This document shows, one piece after another, positions 22,647 through 33,750 of a stretch of 64,000 nucleotides of DNA; positions within the stretch are counted from its first letter, which is position 1; each line of letters starts with the position of its first letter. The translations under genes and the position numbers were made by a program. The notes under the pieces are model-generated. The model did no database searches, was not told the DNA's origin, and worked only from the letters and a program-made list of their open reading frames with translations. The stretch comes from Synechococcus sp. (GTDB taxonomy: Bacteria; Cyanobacteriota; Cyanobacteriia; Thermostichales; PCC-7336): contig JBFRWN010000015.1 in NCBI GenBank assembly GCA_051439605.1, positions 1 to 64,000 of the forward strand. The letters run 5' to 3'.

Positions 22647-22914
22647 GAGTTGTGACTTGGGTGGATAATTTTTGGGGTGCATCGCATATGCCCCCTCTTC
22701 ATGCCAAACTCGATGGAAGGGCGATTGTTAAAGCGCTGAGAGCATTTATAACGCCATATACTCAACCTAAATCTTCGGCAAAGCCGGAGCCGTTTGAGCG
22801 AAGATCGCCTTAAAATCGAGAAGCCATTCAGATCGGGTGGATCGGCATCGCTATTTGCGATTACGAGCAAATCCCGTTACTCACCGCATTTTGATAATTG
22901 GAGTTCAGAATCCA

Positions 22915-23565
22915 ATGGTTGCAACCACCGTTACTGCCCGCGAATTCTTTAAAGAAGCATACGAAAACCGTTACACCTGGGATTCCAACTTCCCCGGTTT
23001 CACCGCCCAAATGACCTTGGAGATGGAGGGCAAACAGTTCACCGGTGGCGCCCGCGTTAACGCCGACCTCACCTTCGACGTCTCTGGGTTTGCAGACACT
23101 GCAGCCGAGAAAATGGCCCAAGGGCAACTGTGGGAGATGACCATCCACCGCGTCAACCACAGCTTTGAAAAGAGCCACGGGGAAAACACCTTTGAATTTG
23201 GTGAAACCGACGAGTCTGGTGCCGTAGAGATTCTGGTGGGCGGCAAAGCTCACGGCAACCTCTATAAAGTTCGCGATCGCACCGTTTGTCTTGTATACCG
23301 AAAAATTCGCGACGTCATCGTGACCATCAACACCCATAAGGTTATGGATACTGGGGCTGGCTACCTAGCCACCCACTACGACTCCATCTACGTCGATGCC
23401 GAAACAAAAGAAGTCACAGGGGATAGCAAAACCTTTGAAGACACCTTCGAAGATATCGGCGGCTACTACATCCTTACCCGTCGGACGATTACATCTGGAA
23501 CGGGCAATGACAAAGCAGTGACCGATCTGAAGTTATCTGACGTGCAGTTATTGACCAATGGGTAA
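22915..23565 (+). CDS. DUF3386-family protein
   Basis: AYENRYTWDSNFPGF signature. Confidence 0.85.
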   Translation: MVATTVTAREFFKEAYENRYTWDSNFPGFTAQMTLEMEGKQFTGGARVNADLTFDVSGFADTAAEKMAQGQLWEMTIHRVNHSFEKSHGENTFEFGETDESGAVEILVGGKAHGNLYKVRDRTVCLVYRKIRDVIVTINTHKVMDTGAGYLATHYDSIYVDAETKEVTGDSKTFEDTFEDIGGYYILTRRTITSGTGNDKAVTDLKLSDVQLLTNG

Positions 23566-23922
23566 TAGATTGCGGAGAAACGCTCCTCCTCCTAGAAGTT
23601 GACAGGGTTGGCAGCCAAAATGAATGCGCTATCTTTGAGAAGTAGGTGTTCAGCAGCGCGCAGACTTGTTCGCTTCGTTCTGTTGCGTCGATACTGTGGT
23701 CTCAGATTATACTGCTAGATGGATAATGTTGATTGGTGTGTTATTGCGGCGAGCGTGATTCAGCCTAAGACCTTATCTGAAAAGCATCGTATGCAGCTTT
23801 GCACCTCTAGATTCAGAGTGTAGCGATCTTCTCATCGAGGTTTTCTTAGAGAACTTCGAATCGTGAAGTTAGCGGGCAGAGTTAGTCATCTAGGTGTTTT
23901 TCACCCTCACCCTCCCACGAAG

Positions 23923-24699
23923 ATGTCTCATTCTCCTCAGCCCGATCGTTCTGATTTTGCAAATGCCCATCGTTCGCATCAGGCATATTTAGAAGATATG
24001 GATTATTACGACGAACGCCCAGGTTGGGGCAGTGGTCTGTTTCCCTGGATAGCAGGGCTGGGTATCTGCTTGGCATCTGCTGGGGTAGGTGTGGCGTTTA
24101 GCTGGATGATGTCTCCCACTCAGACTGCAAGCAATCGCGACAATGAGACGCTGCAGGCTAATACCGCTGGTAGCAATTCCACAGTTGGCGAACCTGAAGA
24201 GAGCGATCCCCTGGGAATTCCCCTAGAAGAGTTGGCGCTAATTCCAGTAGACCCTCTGGCTAACAGCCAAGTACGCCCCTCACGCTTGCCTGGGTCTGTG
24301 TCTGAGCCTTCTAATTGGGCGGCAAATCCTGCTTTTCGGCGCAGGAACGATTCTTTAGAAGAGGGGGATGATGCTCAACAGAATCAAGAATCCGAACGCT
24401 CATCCAATGAGATCGTCGAAACCGAGCAGGTGGAAACCCGCAATGTAGGAGCGACTACCACCAGCAATCCACGTTTGGATTTGGGACCTGACTTAGGGGA
24501 AGGTACCTTTCTGGTTTTGATGACCTATCAAGGAGACAACAGCTTATCTGAGGCTAGAGAACATTCTCAAGGGGCCTTCATCAAACAGTTAGAAGGTGAA
24601 ACCTACGTCCAACTGGCTGCGTTCGATCAGCTAGAGTACGCCCGACACATGGCCGATCGGCTTCGCAGACAAGGGGTATCGGTGTTGATTCTGCAATAA
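23923..24699 (+). CDS. Membrane-anchored protein with C-terminal SPOR-like domain
   Basis: One TM helix, disordered linker, and C-terminal YVQLAAFDQLEYARHMADRLRRQGV. Confidence 0.6.
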   Translation: MSHSPQPDRSDFANAHRSHQAYLEDMDYYDERPGWGSGLFPWIAGLGICLASAGVGVAFSWMMSPTQTASNRDNETLQANTAGSNSTVGEPEESDPLGIPLEELALIPVDPLANSQVRPSRLPGSVSEPSNWAANPAFRRRNDSLEEGDDAQQNQESERSSNEIVETEQVETRNVGATTTSNPRLDLGPDLGEGTFLVLMTYQGDNSLSEAREHSQGAFIKQLEGETYVQLAAFDQLEYARHMADRLRRQGVSVLILQ

Positions 24700-24736
24700 A
24701 TCCCCAGGCCATTCAATGTGGGGTCGTTCAGCGCAT

Positions 24737-26818
24737 CTACTTCACCATCAGTACAACGCTCGATCGGCTCCCCACTCTGTAACGATAGCCAGCAACTTCA
24801 TCAGCAGCATCCAACTGACAAAATGAATCGGACAGCGGCAGTTCAGTGTCAATCACTCGATACCATCGCTCCCCCTTACCCAATACTGGCAGCTCAAAAT
24901 CTAGGGGTTCCCAATAGGCGTTGAGCATGACATGTAGGTATTCTCCAGCGTCGGGATGGCGTAATGAGAAGGCCAAACTGTGGGAATGTTCCCCCCAATC
25001 GGGTTGGCATAAATTTACCCCATGCCAACTGATGTGGGGACGGTGGCTGCCGTAGGACACCTCTAATCTTTTTTCTTGGCTAAACAGTTCGAGCTTTTGC
25101 GTAAAGTCGATCAGTCGCCGCACAAAGCACCACAGATCAAATTCGCGATCGACGGCATCCCAATCAAACCAACTAAGATCGTTGTTTTGACAGTAGGCGT
25201 TGTTGTTGCCCCGCTGAGTGCGGCGGACTTCATCTCCCATCAACACCATGGGGGTTCCCTGGCAGAAAAACTGAATGGTGAGCAAATTCTTGATTTGCCT
25301 CAGTCGGAGGGACTGGACATCGAGATCGTCTGTCTCCCCTTCTATACCGCAGTTCCAACTGAAGTTTTGGTTGGTGCCGTCTTGATTGTCTTCACCATTA
25401 TCGTGGTTGTGCTTTTGGTTGTAGGCCACTAAGTCATTGAGAGTAAAACCATCGTGGCAGGTGATAAAATTGATACTTCGATTAATGTCAGTATCATCTT
25501 GGGGATAGATATCGGGACTGCCCAAAATGCGATTGGAAAGCCGCTTTACCACCCCGTTGTCTCCGCGCACAAATTGGCGCAGGTCATCCCTAAACGGTCC
25601 GTTCCATTCGGTATACCAGTCTGCAAATTCGACAAATTGCCCCACGCTATAGAGACCGGCTGCATCCCAAGCTTCGGCAATCAGTTTGGTTCCCGCCAGC
25701 ACAGGATCCGACTCGATCGCCCACAAAATGGTGCTGGTGCCGACGTCTTCGGTCAGGGGTTCGCCATGAATGTTGCGCGCTAGGGCAGATGCAAGGTCAA
25801 ACCGGAAGCCGTCTACGTGCATCTCCGAGACCCAGTAGCGCAGACTATCCAAAATCAGGCGGCCAACAATGGGATGGTTGCCTTTGATAGTATTACCGCA
25901 GCCGCTGTAGTCACTGTAGTTGTTGGGTTCCTCCGGGTCGAGGATGTAGTAAGTCTCGTTGGCGAGTCCCCGAAATGACAGGGTTGGACCCCGCTGATCT
26001 CCCTCGGCGGTGTGGTTAAACACAACATCCAAGATGACTTCGATACCCGCCCGGTGCAGTGCCTTGACCATGTCCCGAAATTCGTTGACGGGACCGAGGG
26101 GACTGCGATCGCTGCTGAATTGGGGATGGGGGGCAAAAAACGCTAGGGTACTGTATCCCCAATAGTTCGTCAGTCCTGGGCGGGAATCATGGATGTCAAA
26201 GGCATGGACGGGCAGTAGTTCGATTGCGGTAATGCCGAGATTCTTTAAGTAGGGAATTTTCTCGATTACTCCTGCAAAGGTGCCTCGTTTTTGAGGGGGA
26301 AGTCCGGAGTTAGGGTGTCGGGTAAACCCTCCAACGTGGAGTTCGTAAATGACGCTGTTGCCGTAGGGAATGCGAGGATGCCGGTCGTTCCCCCAATCAT
26401 AGTCGCCGGAATCGACCACGACACTGCGTAGCGATTGGGTACAGTTGTCTTGGGCGATCGCGCTGGCGATGGTGCGGTCGTAGCGCTCCGTGCGGGCGAT
26501 CGCCTTGGCGTAGGGGTCTAGTAGAACTTTGGTGCGATCGAAGCGCTGCCCCCGTTCGGGCCTGTAGGGACCGTGGGCTCGATAGGCGTATAACTGGCCA
26601 GCTTTGAGGTTCGGAACAAAGATATGCCAGTAGTGAAAGGAGCGATTTTGATCCGGCACCAGAGGCAGAAGGTGGGAAGGTTTGTCAGCTTCAACGGTTT
26701 CAAACAGCAGTAACTCGATCGCCGTAGCGTTTTTCGAAAATACAGAAAAGTTGACCCCATCTGGATACACGGTGGCACCCAATGGGAAGCTACGGCCCTC
26801 TAACGTCTTCAACTGCAT
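24737..26818 (-). CDS. glgX: Glycogen debranching enzyme
   Basis: NYWGY, DVVFNHT, DGFRFDLA, AEAWD, CHDGFTL. Start placed at ATG 26818. Confidence 0.96.
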   Translation of the reverse strand: MQLKTLEGRSFPLGATVYPDGVNFSVFSKNATAIELLLFETVEADKPSHLLPLVPDQNRSFHYWHIFVPNLKAGQLYAYRAHGPYRPERGQRFDRTKVLLDPYAKAIARTERYDRTIASAIAQDNCTQSLRSVVVDSGDYDWGNDRHPRIPYGNSVIYELHVGGFTRHPNSGLPPQKRGTFAGVIEKIPYLKNLGITAIELLPVHAFDIHDSRPGLTNYWGYSTLAFFAPHPQFSSDRSPLGPVNEFRDMVKALHRAGIEVILDVVFNHTAEGDQRGPTLSFRGLANETYYILDPEEPNNYSDYSGCGNTIKGNHPIVGRLILDSLRYWVSEMHVDGFRFDLASALARNIHGEPLTEDVGTSTILWAIESDPVLAGTKLIAEAWDAAGLYSVGQFVEFADWYTEWNGPFRDDLRQFVRGDNGVVKRLSNRILGSPDIYPQDDTDINRSINFITCHDGFTLNDLVAYNQKHNHDNGEDNQDGTNQNFSWNCGIEGETDDLDVQSLRLRQIKNLLTIQFFCQGTPMVLMGDEVRRTQRGNNNAYCQNNDLSWFDWDAVDREFDLWCFVRRLIDFTQKLELFSQEKRLEVSYGSHRPHISWHGVNLCQPDWGEHSHSLAFSLRHPDAGEYLHVMLNAYWEPLDFELPVLGKGERWYRVIDTELPLSDSFCQLDAADEVAGYRYRVGSRSSVVLMVK

Positions 26819-27093
26819 AAGGTGCGTCGATCCTGGTAGCTTGCCAGCTTTTTCAGGCAATTCACTAAAAGCATACAAACACCCTAGCCAATCGGCTTGG
26901 AGTTGGGGGTATTGTTTGCTATTGGCCGATGTTTTTTGTGGCTACCTTCCCCTGCGTCCCCATTGCCGTACATCTTCTGCCGCAGCCTTTAATGACAATC
27001 GAAACTATCTTCGAAGTAGAGTTTAAACCTCTTGCAAAAGTCCTAGGTGCTATATTTTGAGGGCCTTGCCCAGAGGAATTAGGTGGTAGAAAG

Positions 27094-28749
27094 TTACTTC
27101 CCTCCCCCCGATCGCACAATCGAAATTAACAGCCAAACCCCCAACACACTAGCTGCCAAAAATAACCCATTCCCCACCCAATACAACTGACTGCTGGAAT
27201 CCGGCGTCGCGATCGTAGCCGCGCCAATAATCAAAGCACCGACCACAATGCTGAACGATAACCGATTTGCCGAAGTTTCAAAACTGTGCCGCAACCCATC
27301 TACCTGTTGCAGGTTTAGATTCCACTGCAACGTCTCCGATGTCAGCCGCTCCAACAACACCTCCACCTGACGAGGAGACTGAATCGCCAGCGACTTGAAA
27401 TCTAACAGCATCCTTAATGCCGTCGGGAGAGGCCGATCGCCAATTAACCTCGTTTGCAACAGGTCCGTTGAAAGCGGCTCAATCTCGGTTACAAGGTCAA
27501 AATCGGGATTGATTTCCCGTGCCACCCCCTCTAAATTGGCGATCGCCTTTGCGCACAATCCCATATTCCCCGGCACCCGAATCCTGTTGTTTCGGGCCGT
27601 CTCCAAAACCTCGTAAAACAACTCACCAAAATTAATGCGGGATAAGCTCACGCCCGCATACCGCCGCAATAGCCGATCGAAGTCATTCTGCAATTTCACC
27701 AACCGCACCGGATCTTCTGGTGGAGAAAGCCGTAATACTAACTGGGCACAGCGTTGCGGGTCGAGGGTGGCGATCGCCAGCAGCAGTTCGATTAAAATCT
27801 CCTGCGTCTTCGGATCCAAATTCCCTGCCATGCCGCAATCCAGCAATGCTAGCCGCCCCTCTCCCAAATACAGAAGGTTCCCCGGATGGGGGTCGGCGTG
27901 GAAAAAACCGTCTACACAAATTTGCTGAAAGAAAGCTTGCAGAAGTAGGCGGGCGATTGCCTGACGCTCCAGCTGCTCATCTCCCCCATAGGCTTCCCCC
28001 GAAATCGCCGCCTTCAAAATCGGAGTGCCATCAATCCAGTCCAGCACCAAGACCTTCTCCGTAGTGACTGCATCAATCACCTCTGGAATTACAACTTGAT
28101 TCGGTTTAAACCACCGACTAGACAACAAAGCCCCCCGAAATTGATTTGTATTCTTCGCCTCGCGGGAAAAATTCAGCTCCGCCATCAGCGATTGAGTAAA
28201 CTCCTTCGCCAATCCCACAATGTCGTAGGTTTGCCCGAACTCCGTTGTAGAAGCCAGCCGCGCTATCAACATGATTAGGTCCACATCCCGCTGCACCAGC
28301 AGTTCCAAACCAGGACGCCGCACCTTCACCGCCACGTTGCGCCCATCCGGCAACGTGGCCCTATGTACCTGGCCAATTGAGCCAGCCGCGATTGGAATCG
28401 GATCGAACTGTTCGAAGACTTCGCTGAGGGGGCGATCTCCATATTCAACCCTTAGCAAAGCCTCAACTTCTGCCCAAGGGGAGGGTGGTACGTTTGTTTG
28501 CAAATCCGAGAGGGCCTCAATATAACTAGCAGGCAACAAATCCGGGCGAGTGCTCAGCAGTTGCCCTAACTTGACGTAAACCGGACCCAACTCCACCAAA
28601 ATATTGCGCAACACTGCCGGAGGAGGTAACACCGGCTCCCCTGCCCTCCCCCCTGTCAAAAGCTGGCGCATATAGCTCCAGCCATTCCGCAAAACAACTT
28701 CAACAATTTCCCCCTGACGGGAGGTGGTGTTAGCAAAACGTGACAGCAC
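27094..28749 (-). CDS. ABC1/AarF/UbiB-family atypical kinase
   Basis: VKLGQLLSTRPDL, AAGSIGQVH, FFHADPHPGN and C-terminal TM helices. Confidence 0.95.
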   Translation of the reverse strand: MLSRFANTTSRQGEIVEVVLRNGWSYMRQLLTGGRAGEPVLPPPAVLRNILVELGPVYVKLGQLLSTRPDLLPASYIEALSDLQTNVPPSPWAEVEALLRVEYGDRPLSEVFEQFDPIPIAAGSIGQVHRATLPDGRNVAVKVRRPGLELLVQRDVDLIMLIARLASTTEFGQTYDIVGLAKEFTQSLMAELNFSREAKNTNQFRGALLSSRWFKPNQVVIPEVIDAVTTEKVLVLDWIDGTPILKAAISGEAYGGDEQLERQAIARLLLQAFFQQICVDGFFHADPHPGNLLYLGEGRLALLDCGMAGNLDPKTQEILIELLLAIATLDPQRCAQLVLRLSPPEDPVRLVKLQNDFDRLLRRYAGVSLSRINFGELFYEVLETARNNRIRVPGNMGLCAKAIANLEGVAREINPDFDLVTEIEPLSTDLLQTRLIGDRPLPTALRMLLDFKSLAIQSPRQVEVLLERLTSETLQWNLNLQQVDGLRHSFETSANRLSFSIVVGALIIGAATIATPDSSSQLYWVGNGLFLAASVLGVWLLISIVRSGGGK

Positions 28750-28909
28750 TCCCTGACCTCAATTCATACAACTGTAATGTCGCTACCACCCTATCCTCAC
28801 GAAGCCAAGCCGTCTGTGTCTTTCATTTTCAACCTCAGTAGTTCCAATCTATTCAGCGCTAGCAGTACAGTAGGTGTCGAGTTCACCAGCAATAGCGGAG
28901 AGCAATCGC

Positions 28910-29311
28910 ATGCCCATCCCCAAAAACCGCACCATCATCGAAACTAAAGCAGCACCGGCCCCAGTCGGCCCCTATAACCAAGCGATCGCCGCCCAAGGCT
29001 CACTCATCTTTACTGCCGGTCAAATTGCCCTCGAGCCCGCCACCGGAGCATTAGTGGGCAACGGAGATGTCGCTGCCGAAACCGAACAGGTGCTTAAAAA
29101 CCTAGCCGCTGTTCTAGCCGCTGCAGGCACCTCAATGGGCAACATCGTGAAAACGACGGTCTTTTTAGCGGACATGAACGACTTTACTGTTGTCAACGAA
29201 GTCTACGGCAAGTTTTTCCCCTCCGACACCGCCCCAGCCCGATCTTGCGTCGAAGTGGCCCGTCTCCCCAAAGACGTCAAAGTGGAAATTGAAGCGATCG
29301 CCCTGCGTTAA
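28910..29311 (+). CDS. ridA: RidA (YjgF) family deaminase
   Basis: PVGPYNQA, VKTTVFL, PARSCVEVARLPKDVKVEIEAIA. Confidence 0.93.
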   Translation: MPIPKNRTIIETKAAPAPVGPYNQAIAAQGSLIFTAGQIALEPATGALVGNGDVAAETEQVLKNLAAVLAAAGTSMGNIVKTTVFLADMNDFTVVNEVYGKFFPSDTAPARSCVEVARLPKDVKVEIEAIALR

Positions 29312-29370
29312 TCCTTAAGTTCCCCCCAAATGCAAGTTAGCGAATCCCTTTAGCTTTTGAGCCGATCGAC

Positions 29371-30297
29371 CTAAAATTCAAGCTTCTCAATCTGAGACTT
29401 GACGGAGGCTGCCGAGGCGTTCAACGCCTCCAGTTCTTCGTCAGTCAAGGTGACTTTAATAATCTCCTCGATGCCTCCAGCCCCAAGCTTCACCGGCACC
29501 CCCATACACAATCCGCTCAATCCGTATTCCCCTTCCAGAACCACAGAGGCCGATAAGATACGGTGACGATCGCGCAAAATCGCATCCACCATCACCGCGA
29601 CGGAGGCAGAGGGTGCATAATAGGCACTGCCGGTTTTCAGCAAACGACCAATCTCCGCTCCTCCTTGGCGGGTGCGCTCTACAAGATTAGAAATAGTTTC
29701 GGCAGACAACAATTCCGGTAGCGGTACGCCACTTACGGTGGTATAGCGAGCCAAGGGCAACATTAAATCTCCATGTCCCCCCAACACCATGGCCGATACA
29801 TCCGCCGCCGAGACGTTCAACTCCATCGCAATAAATGTCGCAAACCGCGCCGCATCTAACACCCCCGCCATCCCCATCACCCGCTCGCGGGGCAATTGGG
29901 TGCTCTGAAAGACCAGATAGGTCATCACATCCAGAGGATTTGTGACCACGATAAAAATGGCGGTGGGAGCGTGGGCGATCGCTTGGGCTGCCACTTTAGT
30001 TACAATGCCAGAGTTAATACTGAGCAGGTCATCCCGCGTCATATCGGGGGTGCGAGGACGACCGGCGGTAATGACGACAAGCTGGACCCCAGCAATATCG
30101 GCATAATCTTGGGTACCGATAATTCTGCGATCGTGGCGCTCTACAGCTCTAGCCTCCATCAGGTCTAAAGCCACCCCTTGAGGCCGCCCCTCAATAATAT
30201 CCAGCAGAACCACATCGGCTAGATTGTTTTCCACAATCCGTTGAGCGAGGGTGCTTCCCACCGCTCCTGCACCAATAATCGCAACTTTCGAATGCAC
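29371..30297 (-). CDS. mdh: Malate dehydrogenase (LDH-like)
   Basis: GAGAVG, TAGRPRTPDMTRDDL, GVLDAAR, LGGHGD. Confidence 0.95.
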   Translation of the reverse strand: MHSKVAIIGAGAVGSTLAQRIVENNLADVVLLDIIEGRPQGVALDLMEARAVERHDRRIIGTQDYADIAGVQLVVITAGRPRTPDMTRDDLLSINSGIVTKVAAQAIAHAPTAIFIVVTNPLDVMTYLVFQSTQLPRERVMGMAGVLDAARFATFIAMELNVSAADVSAMVLGGHGDLMLPLARYTTVSGVPLPELLSAETISNLVERTRQGGAEIGRLLKTGSAYYAPSASVAVMVDAILRDRHRILSASVVLEGEYGLSGLCMGVPVKLGAGGIEEIIKVTLTDEELEALNASAASVKSQIEKLEF

Positions 30298-30890
30298 AGC
30301 GAACAGCCACCTCTTACTGTGTTGACGACTCAGAAAGGGGTAAGTTTATTCGGGACTTACCCTCTAAATTGATCTTCACACAGCCCTCATATCGTTAGAG
30401 AAATTGAAAACAATTCGCTACAACTTCTCCGTCCCAACAACCGCATAGAGGACGCATCAGCCGACTGTAGCAATCAGAAGTTTGAGAAAACAGGATCACT
30501 AGCTGCAAAAAAAACATAAAAACTTACTATCACGCCCAAAAAGGCGGTGAAATATTTCTAGAAAAGACTATCCTCAGTGTTTTGAAAACACATTCACAGA
30601 CTAAAGCAATCCTACTCAGAAATTATAAGCAACATTAATTGAGCAGATTCGATCGCATCTAGCCCTCTGCTAGCCAATACCGTTCTTCGTTAGACTCACT
30701 TGGGTGACAATCATACGCATAGGGGAAGTTCCATCAAGTCAGATCGGCCCTTTAACTTGTCATGCAACAATTAGGCGAGAGATTTCATAGGAAGTTGAAG
30801 TTAAATCGTCTCCGCGTAAAGATAGACTACAGTCAAGTAATATAATCATATGTAGCTGTACCGAAACGCCTATGTTTGGCTATTATCTGC

Positions 30891-31571
30891 ATGACTAATA
30901 TGAACTCTACAGTCATACGAGTATTGATTCTGGACGAGGAAAATTTCGTCCACAAACTGCTGAAAACATACATGGCCAACGATCCTGACATTCAACTAGT
31001 CAGCAGCTCTAATGGCAACCAATCATCGATCGCTGCAGTAGAGAGCCTTAAGCCTGATGTAGCCATCCTGGATGTTAAGCTAGAAGATAGCGACCACTTC
31101 GAAACCGCCCAAGTTATCACTCAGCGTTTTCCCGAAACCAAAGTACTGTTACTCAGCAGCAATGAGGACTCTGAACATGTTAGGCGAGCCATTCAAGCTG
31201 GTGCCAAAGGTTATCTTAACCCGGCTTCACCACCCTTAGAGATCATTGATGCCATTCACTACATTCATAAAGGTTTTTTACAATTAGGACCCGGTTTGTT
31301 GGAGCAGGTGCTGCAAAATAATACCCTTCAGTCAAACAATCAGGCAGCCGATCTCACATCCAATAGCCAAACATTACAACAATCTTCAAAAAGTGAAATA
31401 GAGAATCGAGGCCCATTGAAGCTTGACGTACTTCGTTATGAGCAACAATTCTCTATCCTAATGGCACGCATCAATAAGCTACAGACAGCCATGTTGGTCC
31501 TCTGGTTAACACTTGTAGTAGTCGCCGTTCTGATCGTATTAAATATCTTAAATATTTTTTCTTTTCGGTAA
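30891..31571 (+). CDS. Response regulator receiver domain with C-terminal TM helix
   Basis: RVLILDE, PDVAILD (phospho-Asp), AGAKGYL. Hydrophobic C-terminus and no HTH. Confidence 0.85.
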   Translation: MTNMNSTVIRVLILDEENFVHKLLKTYMANDPDIQLVSSSNGNQSSIAAVESLKPDVAILDVKLEDSDHFETAQVITQRFPETKVLLLSSNEDSEHVRRAIQAGAKGYLNPASPPLEIIDAIHYIHKGFLQLGPGLLEQVLQNNTLQSNNQAADLTSNSQTLQQSSKSEIENRGPLKLDVLRYEQQFSILMARINKLQTAMLVLWLTLVVVAVLIVLNILNIFSFR

Positions 31572-31991
31572 ATTCTTTGTCGCGCAAATCGGCCTAGCCA
31601 ATAATAATATAGTTAAGGTTTCATCCATATGTACGATCCTAAACGATTGGCTATGCGGATCTTATGCATAGGCATTGCCAGCTTAATTATTACTGATGAT
31701 GGTAAGTGTGCAGCATGTTTTCGTTCCTCAGCTTGGGCAGGCAAATGAAAAAGCTGCAAGACTATATCAAGAATCGATACTGAGACTTGCACTAAAGCTT
31801 TCTCATCACATCCGTAATATCTGAATCCATCGCTTAACTGAATTCCTAGCAATCGGAATGTAGATCGCTAGCCGTAATCAACACAAAAGGCATCAATGCA
31901 GATATCAATCTAGATATCGGACTATCAATATAACCGTCGGATTGTTACTATTTTAAGTGTCACACTATATTAGCCATCTTTGGAGTAGTAG

Positions 31992-32201
31992 GTGAATCAA
32001 ATGGAAGAACTTAGACAAATCGATAGCGAACTTGTGCAGCTTAATGCCAGACGGCGGGAACTGGAGCAAAAAAGGCAAAAAGCCGTAGATCAGACAATTG
32101 AAAATCTTTTATCAGAACTTGAGTCATTGGGCATCAATCGAAGCTATATCTCTAACTACATCAACAACTCAGTTGATGCGAATGAGGTGCAGTCATCATA
32201 G
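31992..32201 (+). CDS. Small coiled-coil hypothetical protein
   Basis: GGAG ribosome-binding site upstream and an amphipathic heptad pattern. Confidence 0.55.
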   Translation: MNQMEELRQIDSELVQLNARRRELEQKRQKAVDQTIENLLSELESLGINRSYISNYINNSVDANEVQSS

Positions 32202-33001
32202 AGCTCTTACAAACCGGGCAATAACTCTGATAAAGACTCTATTTGCAAAAATAAAGTGTGTAGCAGTGCAAGGTTCACTACGGTATACTCCCTAAGTATC
32301 TTGCAGCAAGAGGTTTTCCTGTATATGCCCGAGCCTGCCAGGTGAGGGTATTGAATTTCTTGTAAAGTTTTAATAATATCGAGAAAAGTAGATTCAGATG
32401 CTAGAGCGATTCTAACGATCTTGTATACAGGCGATGCTAGAGTAAAGGGAACTTTTCTAAGGATAGATTATTCCTAAAGCTCGTCAACTGCATTTGAATC
32501 AGATGTCCATCGCAATTTAATCAGCAGTGTAGAGCTAACTAAGCAGCACTTTCCCTTCCTCTATGTCCAAAAACTAGTATCGTTTCGCATTCAGAATCGC
32601 AAAGAGCGAGCAACCCAAGGTGCAAGGGGGCATAACTAAGCAACAGTCCTTTCAGCTTAATATCTATTTTGAAGATAAAGTTATGCTAGGAATTCGCCGG
32701 ACAGCGGAAGGTCAAAATCATTTTGTGGGAGGTGGGCAATCTGAGCTAGAGAACAACTCACTTCCTTTTAGTCATCTGTTTTGACAGTACTATTTCGATA
32801 GGGAACATCCGGACAATCGGCAATGAATTCCTGTCTATTGGGATAAGGCGATTGTGTTCTGCTATGAGCAAGTATGTTGTCTCTGCCCTACTACATGTAC
32901 TACGACATGGATGATGTCTCTTTTGAAAATCTTTAGCTTCTGTCTCTGAAAACTCCCGTAAATATATGTTTGAGTGCTTTTCCCCCAGCCGCGTCTGAGC
33001 C

Positions 33002-33481
33002 ATGAACACATGCGAATTACTACAACGTTATTCCGATGGAGAAAGAGATTTTCGCAGGGTGGATCTCAGTCATGCCAACTTGGCTGGAGTAGAACTCATT
33101 GGTATTCAGTTAGATTGGGCCATTTTGAACGGAGCCAATCTTCGCGGGGCAATTTTGCTGGAGGCTCAGCTCAGTGGCACGGTGTTGTACAAGGCCGATT
33201 TGGAGGAGGCTACTCTCACCGAAACAGATTTTTACAAGGCTAAGCTGCACCACGCTAACCTCAGAAAAACCATTCTTTATCGTACAAAGTTGCGCCGCTC
33301 CAGCCTCCGAAATGCAGATTTACAGGAATCAGTCTTGGTGGAAGCCGACCTCACAGAAGCCGATTTGCACGGGGCCAATATGCACGAAGCACGATTCTTT
33401 AAAACCAAGATGCCGAACGGTTACATTCGAGATGACGATGCCGAATTCCCGCTGATAGCCAGTGGGTTAAATCTAGGCTAG
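33002..33481 (+). CDS. Pentapeptide repeat protein
   Basis: ELLQRYSDGERDF followed by A(D/N)Lxx repeats. Confidence 0.93.
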   Translation: MNTCELLQRYSDGERDFRRVDLSHANLAGVELIGIQLDWAILNGANLRGAILLEAQLSGTVLYKADLEEATLTETDFYKAKLHHANLRKTILYRTKLRRSSLRNADLQESVLVEADLTEADLHGANMHEARFFKTKMPNGYIRDDDAEFPLIASGLNLG

Positions 33482-33750
33482 TTATCGGTTTAGCCTCTCT
33501 TTTAGGATAGACAGACCTTTATCCAGCCAGGATTCTGGAACGCTCAGATGTCATAAGCCACTTGATGGTTGTATGGAACAAATTTTCTGGCCAGCTATTC
33601 ATGACCGACGACGGGCTTATGACATCGCAAGTCAATGCCAATACGCAATGCAGTCCATACTTAAAGACGGAGCTCAACGCGTTAGGATGGCAAACACGAG
33701 CGCAAACATCAAGGTACAATCTGCATGGTTTTTTGGGGTTTTGTTCAGGT

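Noticed and set aside
32325..32345. GCCCGAGCCTGCCA resembling the 3' box of a cobalamin riboswitch
   Set aside because: The other conserved riboswitch elements are absent and no B12-related gene follows.
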